Part shown: positions 1 through 13,000 of the stretch, piece after piece
Layout of the letters: each line of letters begins with the position of its first letter
Position numbering within the stretch: the first letter of the stretch is position 1
Assembly: GCF_025526975.1 (NCBI RefSeq)
Contig: NW_026515674.1
Span: 806,001-870,000, forward strand
Source: Fimicolochytrium jonesii
Taxonomy: Eukaryota
Reading direction: 5' to 3'
DNA length: 64,000 nucleotides
Notes under the pieces: model-generated
What the model was told of the DNA's origin: nothing
What the model saw: the letters and a program-made list of their open reading frames with translations, nothing else
Databases searched by the model: none
Program-made: the position numbers and the translations under genes

Positions 1-1
1 C

Positions 2-915
2 GTGCGGTTCGGCGGGCCGCAGGACCAGAAAGGGATATTGCTCTTTACGCGGGACGCGACGCAGAATCCGAACATGGCTGGCGGACAGACGACGACCCAT
101 TTGTATGGCCTGATTTTCGTGAAAGTTCCGTTGAGCTCGCTGATCGAGTATATGAAGAAGATGAGTGTGCCGCAAGCTCCCGATGGTGGCCAGCAGCAGC
201 AACAGCAGCTTTCTCAGCAATCGCAGCAGCCGCCACCATCGCAACAACAACAGCAGCAAATTAATAGCCAGATGGCGTTGCAAGCGATGGCTGGACAACA
301 GCCACAGCAACAAGGGAACCATTTGCAAGCTCAACAACAGGCGGCCATGGCTCAGAGAATGCAACAGATGCAGCAACAGAAGAATCAGCAGCAACAGGCA
401 CAACCGCAGCAAGCGCAAGCGCAACCTCAGCAACAACAGATGCTCATGCATCAGGCGCAAGCCCAACAGCGGCTTGCCCAACAACACGCCCAAACCTCTG
501 CACAACAACTCGCACAATTCCAACAACTACCTCCGCACCAGCAGCAGCAGATAATGCAGCAGCAGCAGCAGCAGCAGCAGCGCGCAGCCATGGCCGCGGC
601 AGCCGCAAACCAAGCCGGTGGCGGTGGACCCAACGTCCTAAGCGGCCCCGTTCGTCCCGGCGTCGCCAATCCGAACGGCACTCCCCAACAACAACAAATC
701 CTTCTACAGCAACAGCAACAGCACCAAGCCAACGCCGTCGGCAACAATAACAACCCCGAGAACATCACGCAGAAGATCACGGCGATGCCCGTCGGTCAGT
801 TTATGCAGATCCTGAAGAGCATGGCGGTACCGCAACTCCAGAACCTGGGTCGGATGGCGGGGCTACCGGAAACCCATCGCGCCGCGATTATGGCGGTTAT
901 GGCCGGTCGGATGGG

Positions 916-947
<32 letters not shown>

Positions 948-952
948 CTTGA
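2..952 (+). CDS. 3' part of a Gln-rich protein (5' end outside the window); possibly Mediator Med25-like
   Basis: ORF open from the window edge with long polyQ tracts. The preceding segment GILLFTRD...HLYGLIFVKVP loosely resembles the end of the Med25 ACID domain. The identity is a guess; the coding status is well supported. Confidence 0.55.
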
Positions 953-1231
953 AGGATTTACCTCAGCTGTGTGAGGGAGATGCGGAAGGGAAGAGGCATT
1001 TTGTGGATAGCTCTATTTATTTTTGTTTTTCGTCATTTCTGGAGTGTTTGTTTTGATACCCTGGCAAAGATGCCAGCACATGATGCGATGTGTGGTTCCT
1101 CCCCTTCCCTACTCAAGTGTGAGCATAGTACTTGTGCTCTGCAGAATAATATACCCCTCCGGCCTCCGTCCTATATTTGGCCCATTTATCTGTGCTTCAT
1201 GCACGCTACTCTGCAATCCTTTGATGGCCAC

Positions 1232-1800
1232 TTAGCAGTGAAGTTGAAGTGCGTATGTAGTACAGTACACGCCCGAGAAAGTGCAGTGTGGCCTCCACCT
1301 GGGGTTAGGTGCGGTCTGGGCAAGATTCCACACCCACTGTAGTCCGCCTAAAACAAGGTAGCCTGCACCCTTTGTTGACTCCGGGTGGACGGCGTCTGTC
1401 TGGTGCCCACCTGGCCGTGGAACCACTCGGGATGTTTCCACCTGGCATCCACTCGGTCGGGGGTGGGTCATCCGCCCCTGCCCCCAGCGAGCCCTCCGAC
1501 TCAAACCCGTCATCGCGCTCTTGTCGTTCAGGCTCAATTTCAAGTCGTGCCCTGGCGCTTCCCCCACCACCAGGACCGTCGACAGCAATCTCATCCCACG
1601 CCATCTCATCCAACATCTCCTGGGCGTCTCCGAGATCACTGGCGCGGACTCTCTCGTTAGCGAGCACGTCGATATCGTCCCCTGTTCCGGAAGTTGTGTC
1701 CTCGTGCCTGCTGCGGCAGCCGCCACAGCCGCCTTTGCCGCGTTCTCCACCCCCACACTAAGCTGGTCGAGTCTCGCCATCAATGAAACCCCCTGGAGCG
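1232..1800 (-). pseudogene. Possible decayed coding fragment, unknown family
   Basis: Protein-like acidic/Ala-rich stretches split across two frames (MMARLDQLSVGVENAAKAA... and LANERVRASDLGDAQEMLDEMAWDEI...). No recognisable domain. Confidence 0.25.
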
Positions 1801-2471
1801 TTGTATGGAGCGTGGCAGAAGTCGTAGTATTGTCTCCTCTTTGTAGAATGCGCGGACAGGTTTAGGCAGATTTTACACAAAAACTTGTTGAACGATCACC
1901 CGCTTCCTGCCAGAAAATCCCCAAGCATGTCAGACTTCATAGACTGATGATAGATATTCATACAAGTCCACCAGCGGCGCGTGTAGAACTGTGACTTCAT
2001 CATCATCATCCGAGTCGGACCAGCCGTCATCCAACCACTGTTCGTCATCGGTCATCCAACCACTGTTCGTCCAACAACTAACCCTCATCAGTGCGTGTGT
2101 GAGCGGAGTTTGAACTGCTGCGGCGTACGGGATGACGTTTTGGGTTTGAGTCTGGTTTGCGGTAGCGTGGGAGGCATGTTCCGGGGTCCGACAGAACGGT
2201 TGTGGCTTTCGGGTCTCAGTGGTCGGTAAACAACGCGACCGCAAACGGGCTTTCTTTTCCTCCCTTTCCTTCTCTCAGTTGTCGGCAGGTGGGAAAGCCC
2301 TCCCAATACGCACTTCCGCCAGGACAACCGCGACCATCGTCGACTTCCGCAGCACTCGTGGTATTCCCTCCCTACGGCCGACCGCAAAGCCCTTCAGTGA
2401 GGCTGCGAGCACATTGCGTCCGGGACTCTCATTCCTCCCAGAACCAAGCGTCGTCTGCCAATTCTGAGAAC

Positions 2472-5400
2472 ATGCCTTCCTACCTACCAGGAAAGGCGCG
2501 AGCCCAGCCAGCTGCCCAAAAGAAAGGTCCGTATCCTTTTCCGCAGTACCTATAAACTCTCCCAGGAATATTTCCAGGTGGGGTACGTGGCCGCCGAGGG
2601 CTGACTGTCGACTCTCTCTTTCCCCAACTCCAGCTCGGCAAGTGTACAATTCATCTGACGATGGGACAGAGTCCGACTCCACTTCTACAAGTGACTCTGA
2701 GGTGGAATTCACTAGGCCGGCTCCCATTGGAACCAGGAAGCCCGGGCATAGACTATCTCGAGCATTGCCAGAATCGGCGGCTCCGACAACCAACAAGCCG
2801 CCCATACGGCAGACGAATGTCGGAGGAATGGCTTCTACAGCTCCAGTCTCCAGTGACAAGAGAAGGTCACAAGTAGGAGCCTCCCCAGGCGGCCGCCAGC
2901 GCGATAGTACTCAGTCTCCTTTAAAGTTGAGATCGGAGTGGAGAACTTCGGCTGCTGCTCGATTTGCGAATGATCTGGATTCCCTGAGCTTTGGGTCGAG
3001 TTTCGACAACTTGTCTTTGGGTGCCCCTACATCCATAGCGGAGGAGCCTGTCGCCGTTAGGGCAGCAGCGAAGCCAGCACCGAGAGCACCTGTAGGCGCG
3101 CCTAAGCCGAGTTCGTCGATCCCAAAGCAGTCCTCTCTGGAGTCATCTGGATTGACAGCTTCGTCGACAGCGGCGCCTGCACAACCGACGTCGGTATCCT
3201 CAGATTTGGACGTCGTCGTAGCCCTTCGGAGCGCCCAAGCGAAGAAGAAGTACACGGAGGGATATATATACAAAAGGAACGAGCTCAGTGATACAGGTCA
3301 CCCCCTCATATCCGGAGACACCTCAGAACTTCATGGAGACAGGAACGGGGACTGGACCAAATGGTGGGCTGAGCTTAGAGGGACCACATTACGGTTATGG
3401 CGGGTGCCGGATCACATCACGCAGTTAACTTACACACCCGCTCCCACGGTGGAGAAAACCCTGCGATTGGAGTTGGACCCGATGGCGTCGACGATTGCTA
3501 CCATCAAGTCTGGGAATGCGGATGTTATCGCGATTGATGTATCGCAAAGTGTGGTGGAGATTTTCCCACCAAACATTTACAAGACGGAAAACACTGCGAA
3601 CCCGCCTCCTGTGCCGTACACGAACTTCTTCGGGATGTCTACCGCTGGCTCTAATCTGTACTACTTTGCGGCCTTGTCGACCATCCAGTCCAACACTTGG
3701 GTGGCAGCAATCCGCCTAGCTATATTTGAGTCAACAAAAATCAACGAGTTTCTCGCCCTCAAGGTCTTGAAGCGACCTACCTTTGCATCCGCTTGGAAAG
3801 ATCTCGGGGTGACGCCGTTCACAAACATCTCCGCTCAGAAAGGGGAAATCAAGTATGAAGGAAGTCTCGAAGTACGATCAACATATGCGACCAAGTCAAA
3901 ACCATACTACGTCGTGATCAAGCGGTCCGGCAGTGGCGGTCTCAAACTCGGGAAGAAACTCTTTGGGAACAAGAAGCGAGACTCCACCATTCCGGGTGAA
4001 ACTGAAGCCAAGGAGTCGAAGAAGGTGACATTCCAATTTTTCGAGTCGAAGGCGGAGGCGAAGAAGGGACGGCCAGCGTTTGTCCTCGATTCTGTGACAT
4101 CTGCGAGTCTTGCGGTCGACGACTTGAGCTCTGTCGAAAACGGAACAGCTATGAACATCCGATTGGAAGCGCGAATTGCACTGCCGCCAGCCGAGAAGGA
4201 TTCGTCAAGCAAGGGTGCTTCATTGCAAACCCTGGAGCAGCCAGCGGGAACGCTGGCAAACGTTGGGTCCAAGGGCTACATCCATTGCGCCGCCGATCCT
4301 CTCGGCGCTTTCCTGCGCCAAGCAGACCCAAGACCTGCCCCTCCATTCATCAATCTCCGCTCAGCCAACGCCATCGAAACCGCCTCTTGGTTGATTGCCA
4401 TATCCACTGCTTTCAATCTCGATGTAGACGTCGCCGCACGTGAAGAAGAAATCTCCTCTTTGAATCTCGCTGCCCCAACGACCGAAAAATCGAAAAAATT
4501 TCGCCGCACCTCCAACATTTCCGATTCAGGCTCCGAACAATCGTACTCTGCCGCCGACGACGCCCTCTATCTCACAACTGAAGACATCAGCGGTCTGAAC
4601 ATGAGCAACGAGAGTCACTCAGCAGTCACTCTGCGATACGGACAGGTGTATGCCGACAAGAAGCGCGTGAAGAAAGATGGGTTCGCCGAGGACTGGGCGG
4701 ACGCTGTATGGGAGGGGGAGAAAGGTCGACGGGAATACGAACGCCGGGAAGTTGAGCACAAGGTGGCTGAGTTGGTGTTGTGGCTTGAGGAGATGACCGC
4801 TAAACAGAAACAGGAAGTTGCTGCTGAAGCGGAGATCAAGGCGGCTGCGCAACGGGAGCGGGAGCTTGCAGCGGAGAAGGTTAAGAAGGCGGAGATGGAA
4901 TTGGCTGCAGCAGCGGCCGCTGAGGCGATCGCCGCGAAGGCGTTGGAGGAGCCTGCGGGAGAAGAGGTCACTCAATCGCAGGAGGTCAGCGAATCGCCCA
5001 CCAGCAGCGGGGATGGAGGCAGTGAAGCCATTGTGTCGGGCGAACCGTATGTCGAGACGGTCGAACCATCGGAGGATAAAGGAGGGATTGTATCCGCGAC
5101 CGACGTGGTATTGAACGGGATTGTGGCTGAAGAATTTGAAGAACCAGCGATGGCCGCATCCAATGAACCCTTGGAACCATCAGGAAGCGTGGTTGCGGGG
5201 TCTGAAGCGATTCCCAACGCCGATGAAAATACCGCCGTGCCGGCAGAGTCAGCACCATTACAAGACGCGAAGGAAGAGATATCCGAAGAGAACCCCACAG
5301 CCGAAACGGTGAGGGCTCTCGAAACCGCAGTCACACCAGAGGCCAGCACTCCTGCTGCTCCGTCGCAAATGATGATGGTGCCGGTCCCTATCCTGCAAGC

Positions 5401-7804
5401 CAACGGGCAGTGGGCTTGGCAATACCAGTGCGTTGACCCCAGCAAGATGCCTCCGGGCTGGAACCCGCAGAGCGCATTCCTTCCTCGCAACGATTTCCCT
5501 GAAGTTGATAGCGACTCGGAAGATGGCAGTACTCCGACAGAAAGCGGATCGGAATCGGATGAGGAAGGGTCTGGAAGTGGAAGCGGCACGGCTTCCAGCA
5601 AAGAGCCTCGCCCAGACGCTCCCAAGAACACCGGCTCGTTCCCACCGATGCCGCCCGGCATGATGCCCATGATGTTTCCACCTGGAATGATGCAAGGAGA
5701 CGGAACGGAGAACATGGGAATGCCGGGAATGATGCCGATGATGATGCCAGGCACGACGCCCGGTTTCCCACCCATGTTCATGGCTCCCAACGGTGTCATG
5801 ATCGGCCCTAACGGTTTGCCCATACCCCCTCCTGGAATGATGGACGGATCGGCACCCGGGGACGCAAACATGGACGCAGGCGCGATGGGAGAAGGTGAAG
5901 AGTCGGTCCTGACACCCCAATCGCTGCTCGCTAATCTGGAAGGACGGGCCAAATCTTCTCGCCGAGATGGACCGCTGGTGCAGCTAGAGCGCGAAGTCGT
6001 TGAGCACGAAGAGCAGAAACTGGTGCAACCCGCATACGTGCCGCAGTACTCTCAACACGCCGGCCCGTTGTTGGGACACGTGCCTGACAACGTGCCCAAC
6101 AGGAGACCCAAGATGGTCGGAGGGCTGCTCGCCGAAGTGGAACGCAGAGAAAAGGAAAAGGAGATGTTGAAGCGCATGGGTGTATGGAGGCCGACGACTG
6201 CTCCGACCGGCGGCTATATCCCGACCTACTTGCGTGGCGGTATGAATGGAGGCGCTGGGAACCGGAACTCGATGGCAGGATTTGGGCCTATGGGGATGCC
6301 GGGGATGCCACCCATGATGCCACCGATGATGCCGCCTCATATCGGTCCCACGGGTCTCATGAGCCCGTGGGGATACCCGATAAGCGAGTTTGGAGACCCG
6401 CACGAAGATCCTTCTATGGCGGCGCAGAGGGAGGAACTTAGGAGGGAGTGGTTGGAGAAAGAGAGGTAATGCCTACCTTCACCTCTTGGAATAGCTCGAG
6501 TCGCTCAATCATTAACGTTTTTTATCTACAGAGCAAAGGAACGCCAACGCATGTCCGAGCGTACGGTGGAGTACTACGGGCAGCCGAACTACTACCCACC
6601 TACGGTCGCAGCGAGTGGTCACCCAGGCATGCGTCCTCCGTCGGCCCACCCATCCTACTACCCACCTTACCCTGGAGCAGGCCATCCCGAGATGATGCAT
6701 TACCCTTACGGCGCAGGACCGCACCCTGGTGGACCGCAAGCGCCCATGTGGCGCCGATCCAACTCGTACTCGGGATCTGATGACAGCGACAGCGACGTTG
6801 CCGCGAAGAAGCGTGACACGGGCGCCAAACGAGGACAGAAGAATAAGAACGATAGCAGCAGCGAAGACACCAGTAGCAGTTGCGCGACGGACAGCGAGGA
6901 CGAGCAGGGTAAAGATGAGAAGAGTGGGACTGAAGACGATGAGGAGGATGCCGGGTTTGATGACGACTCGGACGTCGACCCACGGGCAAGCGCCGTCAAA
7001 CTCGTTAAGAAGAAACCGGCGGGCAGCGGTACCGATTCAGAGAGCGACGCCCAATCCAGCGACGACGAGCAGATGACGAAAGCTGCGTTGAAGAAACGCC
7101 AACATCTGAAGGCGAAGAAGGCGGAATCAAGCGGGACAGACTCGGACGATTCCAAGTCATCCAATTCCGACAGCGAAGATGACGATTCTGAAGATTCGGA
7201 AGATCACGCGCCGTTAGTCAAGAGCGCCCGTCCTGGCGCTGCCGGTCCCAAACAGTTCCCCATGCACAACCCAGGTCCATACGGCGCCCCTCACGGGTTC
7301 GGACCCTATGGCGCTCGCCCCCCACAAGGACCCTACGGCTATCAGCCCTACCTCCAGAACGGCCCTTACGGTAGTCCATACGGGCCCCCATCGGCCGGAT
7401 ATGGTGGTTATCAGCCACAAGGACCCTACCATCCCGGATACTCCCCATACGGCCCGCCACCACCGCAAGCACCTGCGGCGCGTAGCGGTCCCGTCCACGC
7501 CAAGCAAGCGAAAGCGGCCACGAAGAAGCGATCGCCTCTCCGGAAGCGCCGAGACGCAAACACGGAAACTGAGGATAGTGACAGCGACGTTAGCAGCGGG
7601 AAGCGCCAGGTGAACGCCCGCGTCGCCAAGAAGGAGGACAACGAAACGCAAACCGGTAGTGAAAGCGAAAGCGAAAGTGAGGTGGAGGTCAAGCCGAAGA
7701 AGGCGAGCAAGCGGGCTGAGAAGTTGCAGCAGAAGTCCGTGCAGAAGGTCCGACATGAGAAGGTCAAGACCAAGAGCAAGAAGGGAAAGGAGAACAAAAT
7801 CTAG
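2472..7804 (+). CDS. Caf120/Skg3-like PH-domain protein with long low-complexity C-terminus; predicted exons 2472-2526, 2634-6465, 6532-7804
   Basis: PH-like motifs YTEGYIYKRNEL...DWTKWWAELRGTTLRLW and a C-terminal GGLLAEVERREKEK motif typical of the Caf120/Skg3 family. GT-AG introns 2527-2633 and 6466-6531 join the ORFs in frame. Confidence 0.7.
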
Positions 7805-8095
7805 ATAGAGGGAGGTATATGTTGCTAAGATGTCTCGGTCAGTAGTTTGTTTTTTGGGCAATCCAAATAGGTATCGCGAAGTAGGACGTAACCCTCGGGT
7901 CTTCGGCGTAAAGGCGTAGCGTAGTGAATCCCCGTAGTGTTTATTCAATCCTCCTGTAACTTATTCAATGAGCTTTTATAACCAGTAACGGCCTCAATTC
8001 ATTTGCCGAAGGTTGATGTTTTTGTACACAACATTTACAAAGTGTTACGAACATTCTTAAGGTCAATCTTCCTTTTTCCCCTTTCCTTTCTCATC

Positions 8096-9548
8096 CTATG
8101 CCTCCATCTTTATATTCATCTCCTCCTTCACGTCCTCCTCTTTTACCTCCTGCTTCACATGCTTCGCCTTTTTCTTCTTTGGGAGTTTCAAGTCCTCTGC
8201 CTCCTCATCCGATCCGCAATCCCAATTCATCTCCTCCTTCACGTCCTCGTCTTTTACCTCCTGCTTCCTATGCTTCGCCTTTTTCTTCTTTGGGAGTTTC
8301 AAGTCCTCCGCCTCCTCACCGGATCCACAAACCCAAAGGTGGTTCCAAGTCCCGCACACGGGTAGAGGGCTTCCCCAAACAGCCGGGCGCATCTCAGGCT
8401 TCATGTCGGCGATCACGGAGGGCATGGTCTTCTCCACCATCTCCCTCGCCAGCTCCAATGTCAACTCCCTCCCATGCTTCTTCTGAAATCCCCTAGTCCA
8501 AGCTCGAGGACTTTCTGGTGAGTGAACTGTAGGAAGTCGTATCGCCTGTCCGTAGGCTCTTTTCCCCACGGGGACACAAAGTGCTCTAAGGCCTGGCTTC
8601 GGATGTACAAGACATCGCCAGGTTGGTAAGGCAGCATGATGCCCAGATCTGGAAGGCAGAACAGGCCCTGATCCACTCCAAACTTTCCAAAACAGCTCAT
8701 AGGGGCCCATCCATCAGGAATATCCCAGTGGTCGTGGTGACGAGGGGTCTCATGGTTCCCCACAAGCACGTTTGTTGCATTGACCCGCGGAGCTTTGGTG
8801 TCCAGCCAGAAATGCCTCAGAGCATGGGGCAGGTGAGCGATGGCTTGCGATAGCCGGTAATGGTATGTGCGGTCCAGGTGAAACAGGCCGATACCGAGCA
8901 TCCAATTCACCTTCTCGATTCCTGGTGCGCGGGTGAAATTGAAGGTCTGATCCCACGCATTGGGAGACTCGGTGCACTCACTAGGCACCATGATGTCCCC
9001 ACGCTGTGTCCTCCACACTCCCATGTGCATGAGGCCTTTGGTGCCCTCCAAATTTTGGCACGGTGTCTGCTGATGTTGAACATCCTCCCTCCCACTTTGC
9101 TCCCTCCTCCTCTCACCCTGCGTGCTCAGCAGCGGCCTCCACCACCTCCCCCTGCCATTTGGGCCCAACGACGCCAGGAAGGTACATGTACAGCGGATTG
9201 TCCTCCTGATCGATCCCCAGGGTGGGTTTGCGAGCAAGAAGCTTCAGGCCAGTGGTATCAAAGGTTGTTGAGCTCGCCTTCATTTTCCCCGGCTTGGAGA
9301 TTCGAACGAGATCTCGGAGGAGCACAGGATGTCCCTTCTTATTCGCAAAGGCTTTTTCAATTTCCTTCTCTAACGATCTGCGTTTCTGGCGAGGAAACGC
9401 AACCTCAGGTTCGGTGTCGAACTCCTCATATGTCGGGATGAAAGCTGGCCTGGGGGTTGCAGTGTTCATGGAGTTGTCGCTGTCATTCTCCACATCGTTC
9501 TCGCCAGCGCTGTCATCGGCATCTCGGTTGCATGGTTTTCTCGCCATG
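8096..9548 (-). pseudogene. TET/JBP-family 2OG-Fe(II) dioxygenase gene, apparently frameshifted
   Basis: Catalytic-domain motifs in one frame: NHETPRHHDHWD (HxD at 8731-8739), GLFCLPDLGIMLPYQPGDVLYIRSQALEH (distal His), RRYDFLQF (Arg). The N-terminal part (MARKPCNRD..., stop at 9113) and the C-terminal part (8096-~8490) lie in other frames. Confidence 0.75.
8114..8330 (-). repeat. Two-copy 111-bp (37-aa) coding tandem repeat
   Basis: attcatctcctccttcacgtcc... starts at 8114 and again at 8225; it encodes CGS(G/D)EEAEDLKLPKKKKAKH(R/V)KQEVK(D/E)EDVKEEMN twice. Confidence 0.95.
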
Positions 9549-10095
9549 GTGACGACGTTGCAGGTAGAATTATGGCAAATGAACAATGCAGGCTGCCTCA
9601 AGCGAATGACGTGGGTACAGATCTGGGCGTGTGCCTTTGCGTGCCTGCTAGGGATGATGTCTGTTGTAGACCACTCTAGCAGAACAAGCTGATTCAACAC
9701 AATGAATGCGTCGAGGTCAGAGTGCCCACTCCAGCACAGCCGAGATCAGTACAGTTGTTGCAGCGAGGGGTTGTTTGATTACCGTGATAGCTGTGTGTAA
9801 AAAAAGCTCGCGTCTGCTCGCGTCAGTGCTGTGGGAATGAAGCTGAGAACCGTGAGGAAGTGGTTGTTACCGAGTGTTACCTGCTGGTGAATTTGGTGGT
9901 GACGATGCTCGCAATTGCGTTGGGAAGGAAGGAAGGAAGGAACGTTAGCCCGCGCGTCTAGAGGCGGCAACCCCGCCGTGGCCAGCCTTTATCGCGGAAC
10001 CCAATGCATATACTGTACGCAAAAATCACATCAGTGGGGTATCAGAAAATGTATGTCCCAAAAAGCGGCAACCGGTACGTATTTATGAACCAAGC

Positions 10096-13000
10096 CTAAC
10101 AAGCAGAAGATTCACGACAGACACACCCGCACCCAGTCGGGCACTCAGCGGCCTCCGAAAACCAATCATTCATATGATCTGCATGTCCGCCGTGCCCGCA
10201 CGCCAAACAGAAGCTCGCTACGCCTTTACATGGAAGCCGACAAATTGCACAATTCACGCCGTACCGCCCGCGTGCGCATTTCCGGCAGAACGATCGTGGC
10301 GTTGGCGGCTGTGTACCGTTCATCGAGGCCAAGTAGACAGCTTCAGTTGCTGGGGTTGATGTCACAAGGTGGTTTCCACACTCGGGGCAAACAACGTGGA
10401 AATCTATGAAGAGCGTTTGTCAGCGGCGCATGTCATGCAATAGATTGACGCCCATACCGGAATTGCAACCTACCAGTGCGTTCTAAAGGGTCAGCGCCGA
10501 TTATCGGCTCCTGAAACTTCTTCCACTCCTCCAGCTTGCGAGGTCTCCGTTGGTACAACATTCTCAATACCTCAGCTCTCTGTTCTGTCAGACCCCATGT
10601 GTATAGCAACTCAGCATACTGCACTTTATATCGTGTGTGGATATCCTCGTCGGAGGGATCCAACAGACCCACTTTCGGTGTCACAGTGCCCATCACGGTT
10701 GTACTCCGCTGATTGTTCCCCCCATACCATGCTCCGTCATTTGTCTCCATGTCCCCAGAAAGTCGGAGCATTAGCACGGGATGAGTTTTGTTGGGCGTCA
10801 GGTTGCTAGGTGACTTCTGGTTGCCGAGAGCGGGCGTAGGTGGCATTGAATGGTTACTCCACCGGCTTACGGGCACGCTTGGCGCGATACTGGAGTACGG
10901 GGCTGTAAGTGACCAACCAACTCCGGCAGTGCTTTGCCGGTTAGCAGGGTCGGTAGCCGAGTCGCGAGATCTGTTACTATCGAGAGCCGGAGACCGATCT
11001 CCTTGCGAAAGCATCCCTCGGTTAGCCTCAGGCGAGGCAAACGTTGATGCCATAGAAAGGTCGCCATCAGAAAAGGTCCCTGAACCCTGAAACATACGTG
11101 CTTTCGGACTTGCCAGGCCCGTCGCAACAGCTTGCGCGTATGTGGGCGTGCCCGATCCACCGGAAATAGCGTCATAAGGTGCCGGACTATCCGAGGACAC
11201 GTCGAAGCTCTTCTCCCTGCGATCGTGTCTGTTCCTGGTATCAACACTGCCATCGGCTGAATCAGGCGTCGCTCCACCGGGCAAGTGACCCGCGAACGAT
11301 CCCGACGATGCAGAACGACCTGGATGCCGTAAGCCGAAACTTTGACCATACGACGGCGCCCCATCTGTATCGAACCGCGTTGGTGGGTATCCCATGACCC
11401 CGTTGTCTACGGTCCCGGAAGACGTTTGCGAAGTCGTCAAGCCGCGCAGCCACGCGGAGGCCGGGGCACCACTGTCGCTGGAAGTCCCTGGTTTCCGAGC
11501 ATGTTTAGGTAAACTGGTGATGTGCATGCCCACCGTATCTTCTGCATTCACTGTTTCCATCTTGCTCACAGTCACACCCATCATCGAGAAGGCTGCAATC
11601 AAAGGAACACTGATTGCGTCGGGCATCATTGAGGAAAAGCCGTGAGCTCCAGTGTTGCTCGACCCACCGAAAAACTGGCGTGTGAAATAAGGGTTGGACG
11701 GCTGTCGTAGGAGCTTAGGCCGCGCCGTTTGCATTCTCGTTGCCGAACGAGGTCGTTCGCGTGAATTCGTCAGAATTGCAAACTGTTCCGAGAACACGCA
11801 GGAAAGGAGAGCGATCATCTGCACATCTCGTTGCACTTCGAGATGTCGAAATAAGTCCTGCACCAGTGCACGCCCGAATGGATGGTGTTGCTTTTGCAAT
11901 TGAGGGTAACTGTTGGCGAGTTTTGCGATGGCGGGATTCATATTCCAACCTGCGACCTCATCCGACGTCATAGTCGGATCCGTCTTGATTCGCAAGACAC
12001 CATTGTGGGACATCGTAACGCGTTCCTCCAGTCCGCGATCGTCGGTTTTCCGACGTCTCCGGCTTCGGATGCTAGGCACGGTGGTTGGTTTGGAAGTTGT
12101 TGAGACCGTTATTGACGGTTTCCGCTCCGTCAATATGAGGGTGGCCAAACTCCAAATTCGGACCAGATCGGCTCTGCCCATAGCGTGGGCTTCCAAGCCG
12201 TTACGGACGCAAGTTGCAATAGGGTCGTCCCCGCACAAACTATATCTCTCAGCTAGCTGCCTGTTGATTGGCAAAAGCTGAGAGACGTCCTTCACCATCA
12301 CCGTTGTGATATACCCTGTTTGCTCCGTAAGGCTCTTGGCCTCGCTGTGCGCCGAGGAAGCAACGTTTGCCGGAGTGGTTTCCTGTTTGATCAACTGTGA
12401 CGGTGGAGGTGTGCTCCGCAGGAATCGCGTTGGAGAGGGCCTTGCGCCAAAACTACTGGCAACATCTCCGCTGAAGTCGCTGCCGCTGAAGCTCCCCGCA
12501 TCCGCGGACGTAGTCCGTCTGTGCCTCAACTTTCTCGCTCGTGGCGATCCATCTTCTCTGACTCTAAAATCTGGTGATGGTGTGCGGGCAATGTTCATCA
12601 GGTGGAGGTGTTTTGGTGAACTCGGCTTGATGTCCATGCCGAGCGGGGAGCTGCTTAGGGACGGCGGCATAGTATTAGTGCGCAGGATTGGTGTTGTAGA
12701 CCGGATGCGGCTTGGCAAGGCGTCGCGCGGGCTGTCTAGTGAACCCGCATACATGACAGCCTGGCTTGTGTTGATTTGGGGAGTGATGGGACGTGGTTGT
12801 TCCGGAGTTCCTGCCCATTGCGGGGTGAAATGCGCGCTGTTGGGCACGGGCCAGGCGCTTCTACTACTGACCTCCGCAGCAGCTGTCAAGTGGGAACGTG
12901 GCTTCTCATCGAACGCTTTCAGATTCCATAATAAACTCGAGCTCATGTTCTCTTCGCCGCTTTCATCAGAGTCGAGCCAATAGCTGAATTTCCCCGCTGT

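Noticed and set aside
190..950. CAG/CAA repeats as a non-coding repeat element
   Set aside because: They are ordinary polyglutamine codons within the open reading frame.
4972..5952. 326-aa minus-strand ORF
   Set aside because: Antisense to the PH-domain gene; composition mirrors the sense codons.
6551..7804. Separate 417-aa gene
   Set aside because: Joins the upstream ORF in frame through a canonical intron at 6466-6531.
7890..7945. Helitron-like 3' hairpin near the TET gene
   Set aside because: The stem is weak, it ends in GTAGT rather than CTRR/T, and its orientation would not enclose the TET gene.
9957..9980. Hairpin plus CTAG as a terminus of a TET-carrying element
   Set aside because: Only a 5-bp stem with atypical spacing and no matching other end; likely chance.
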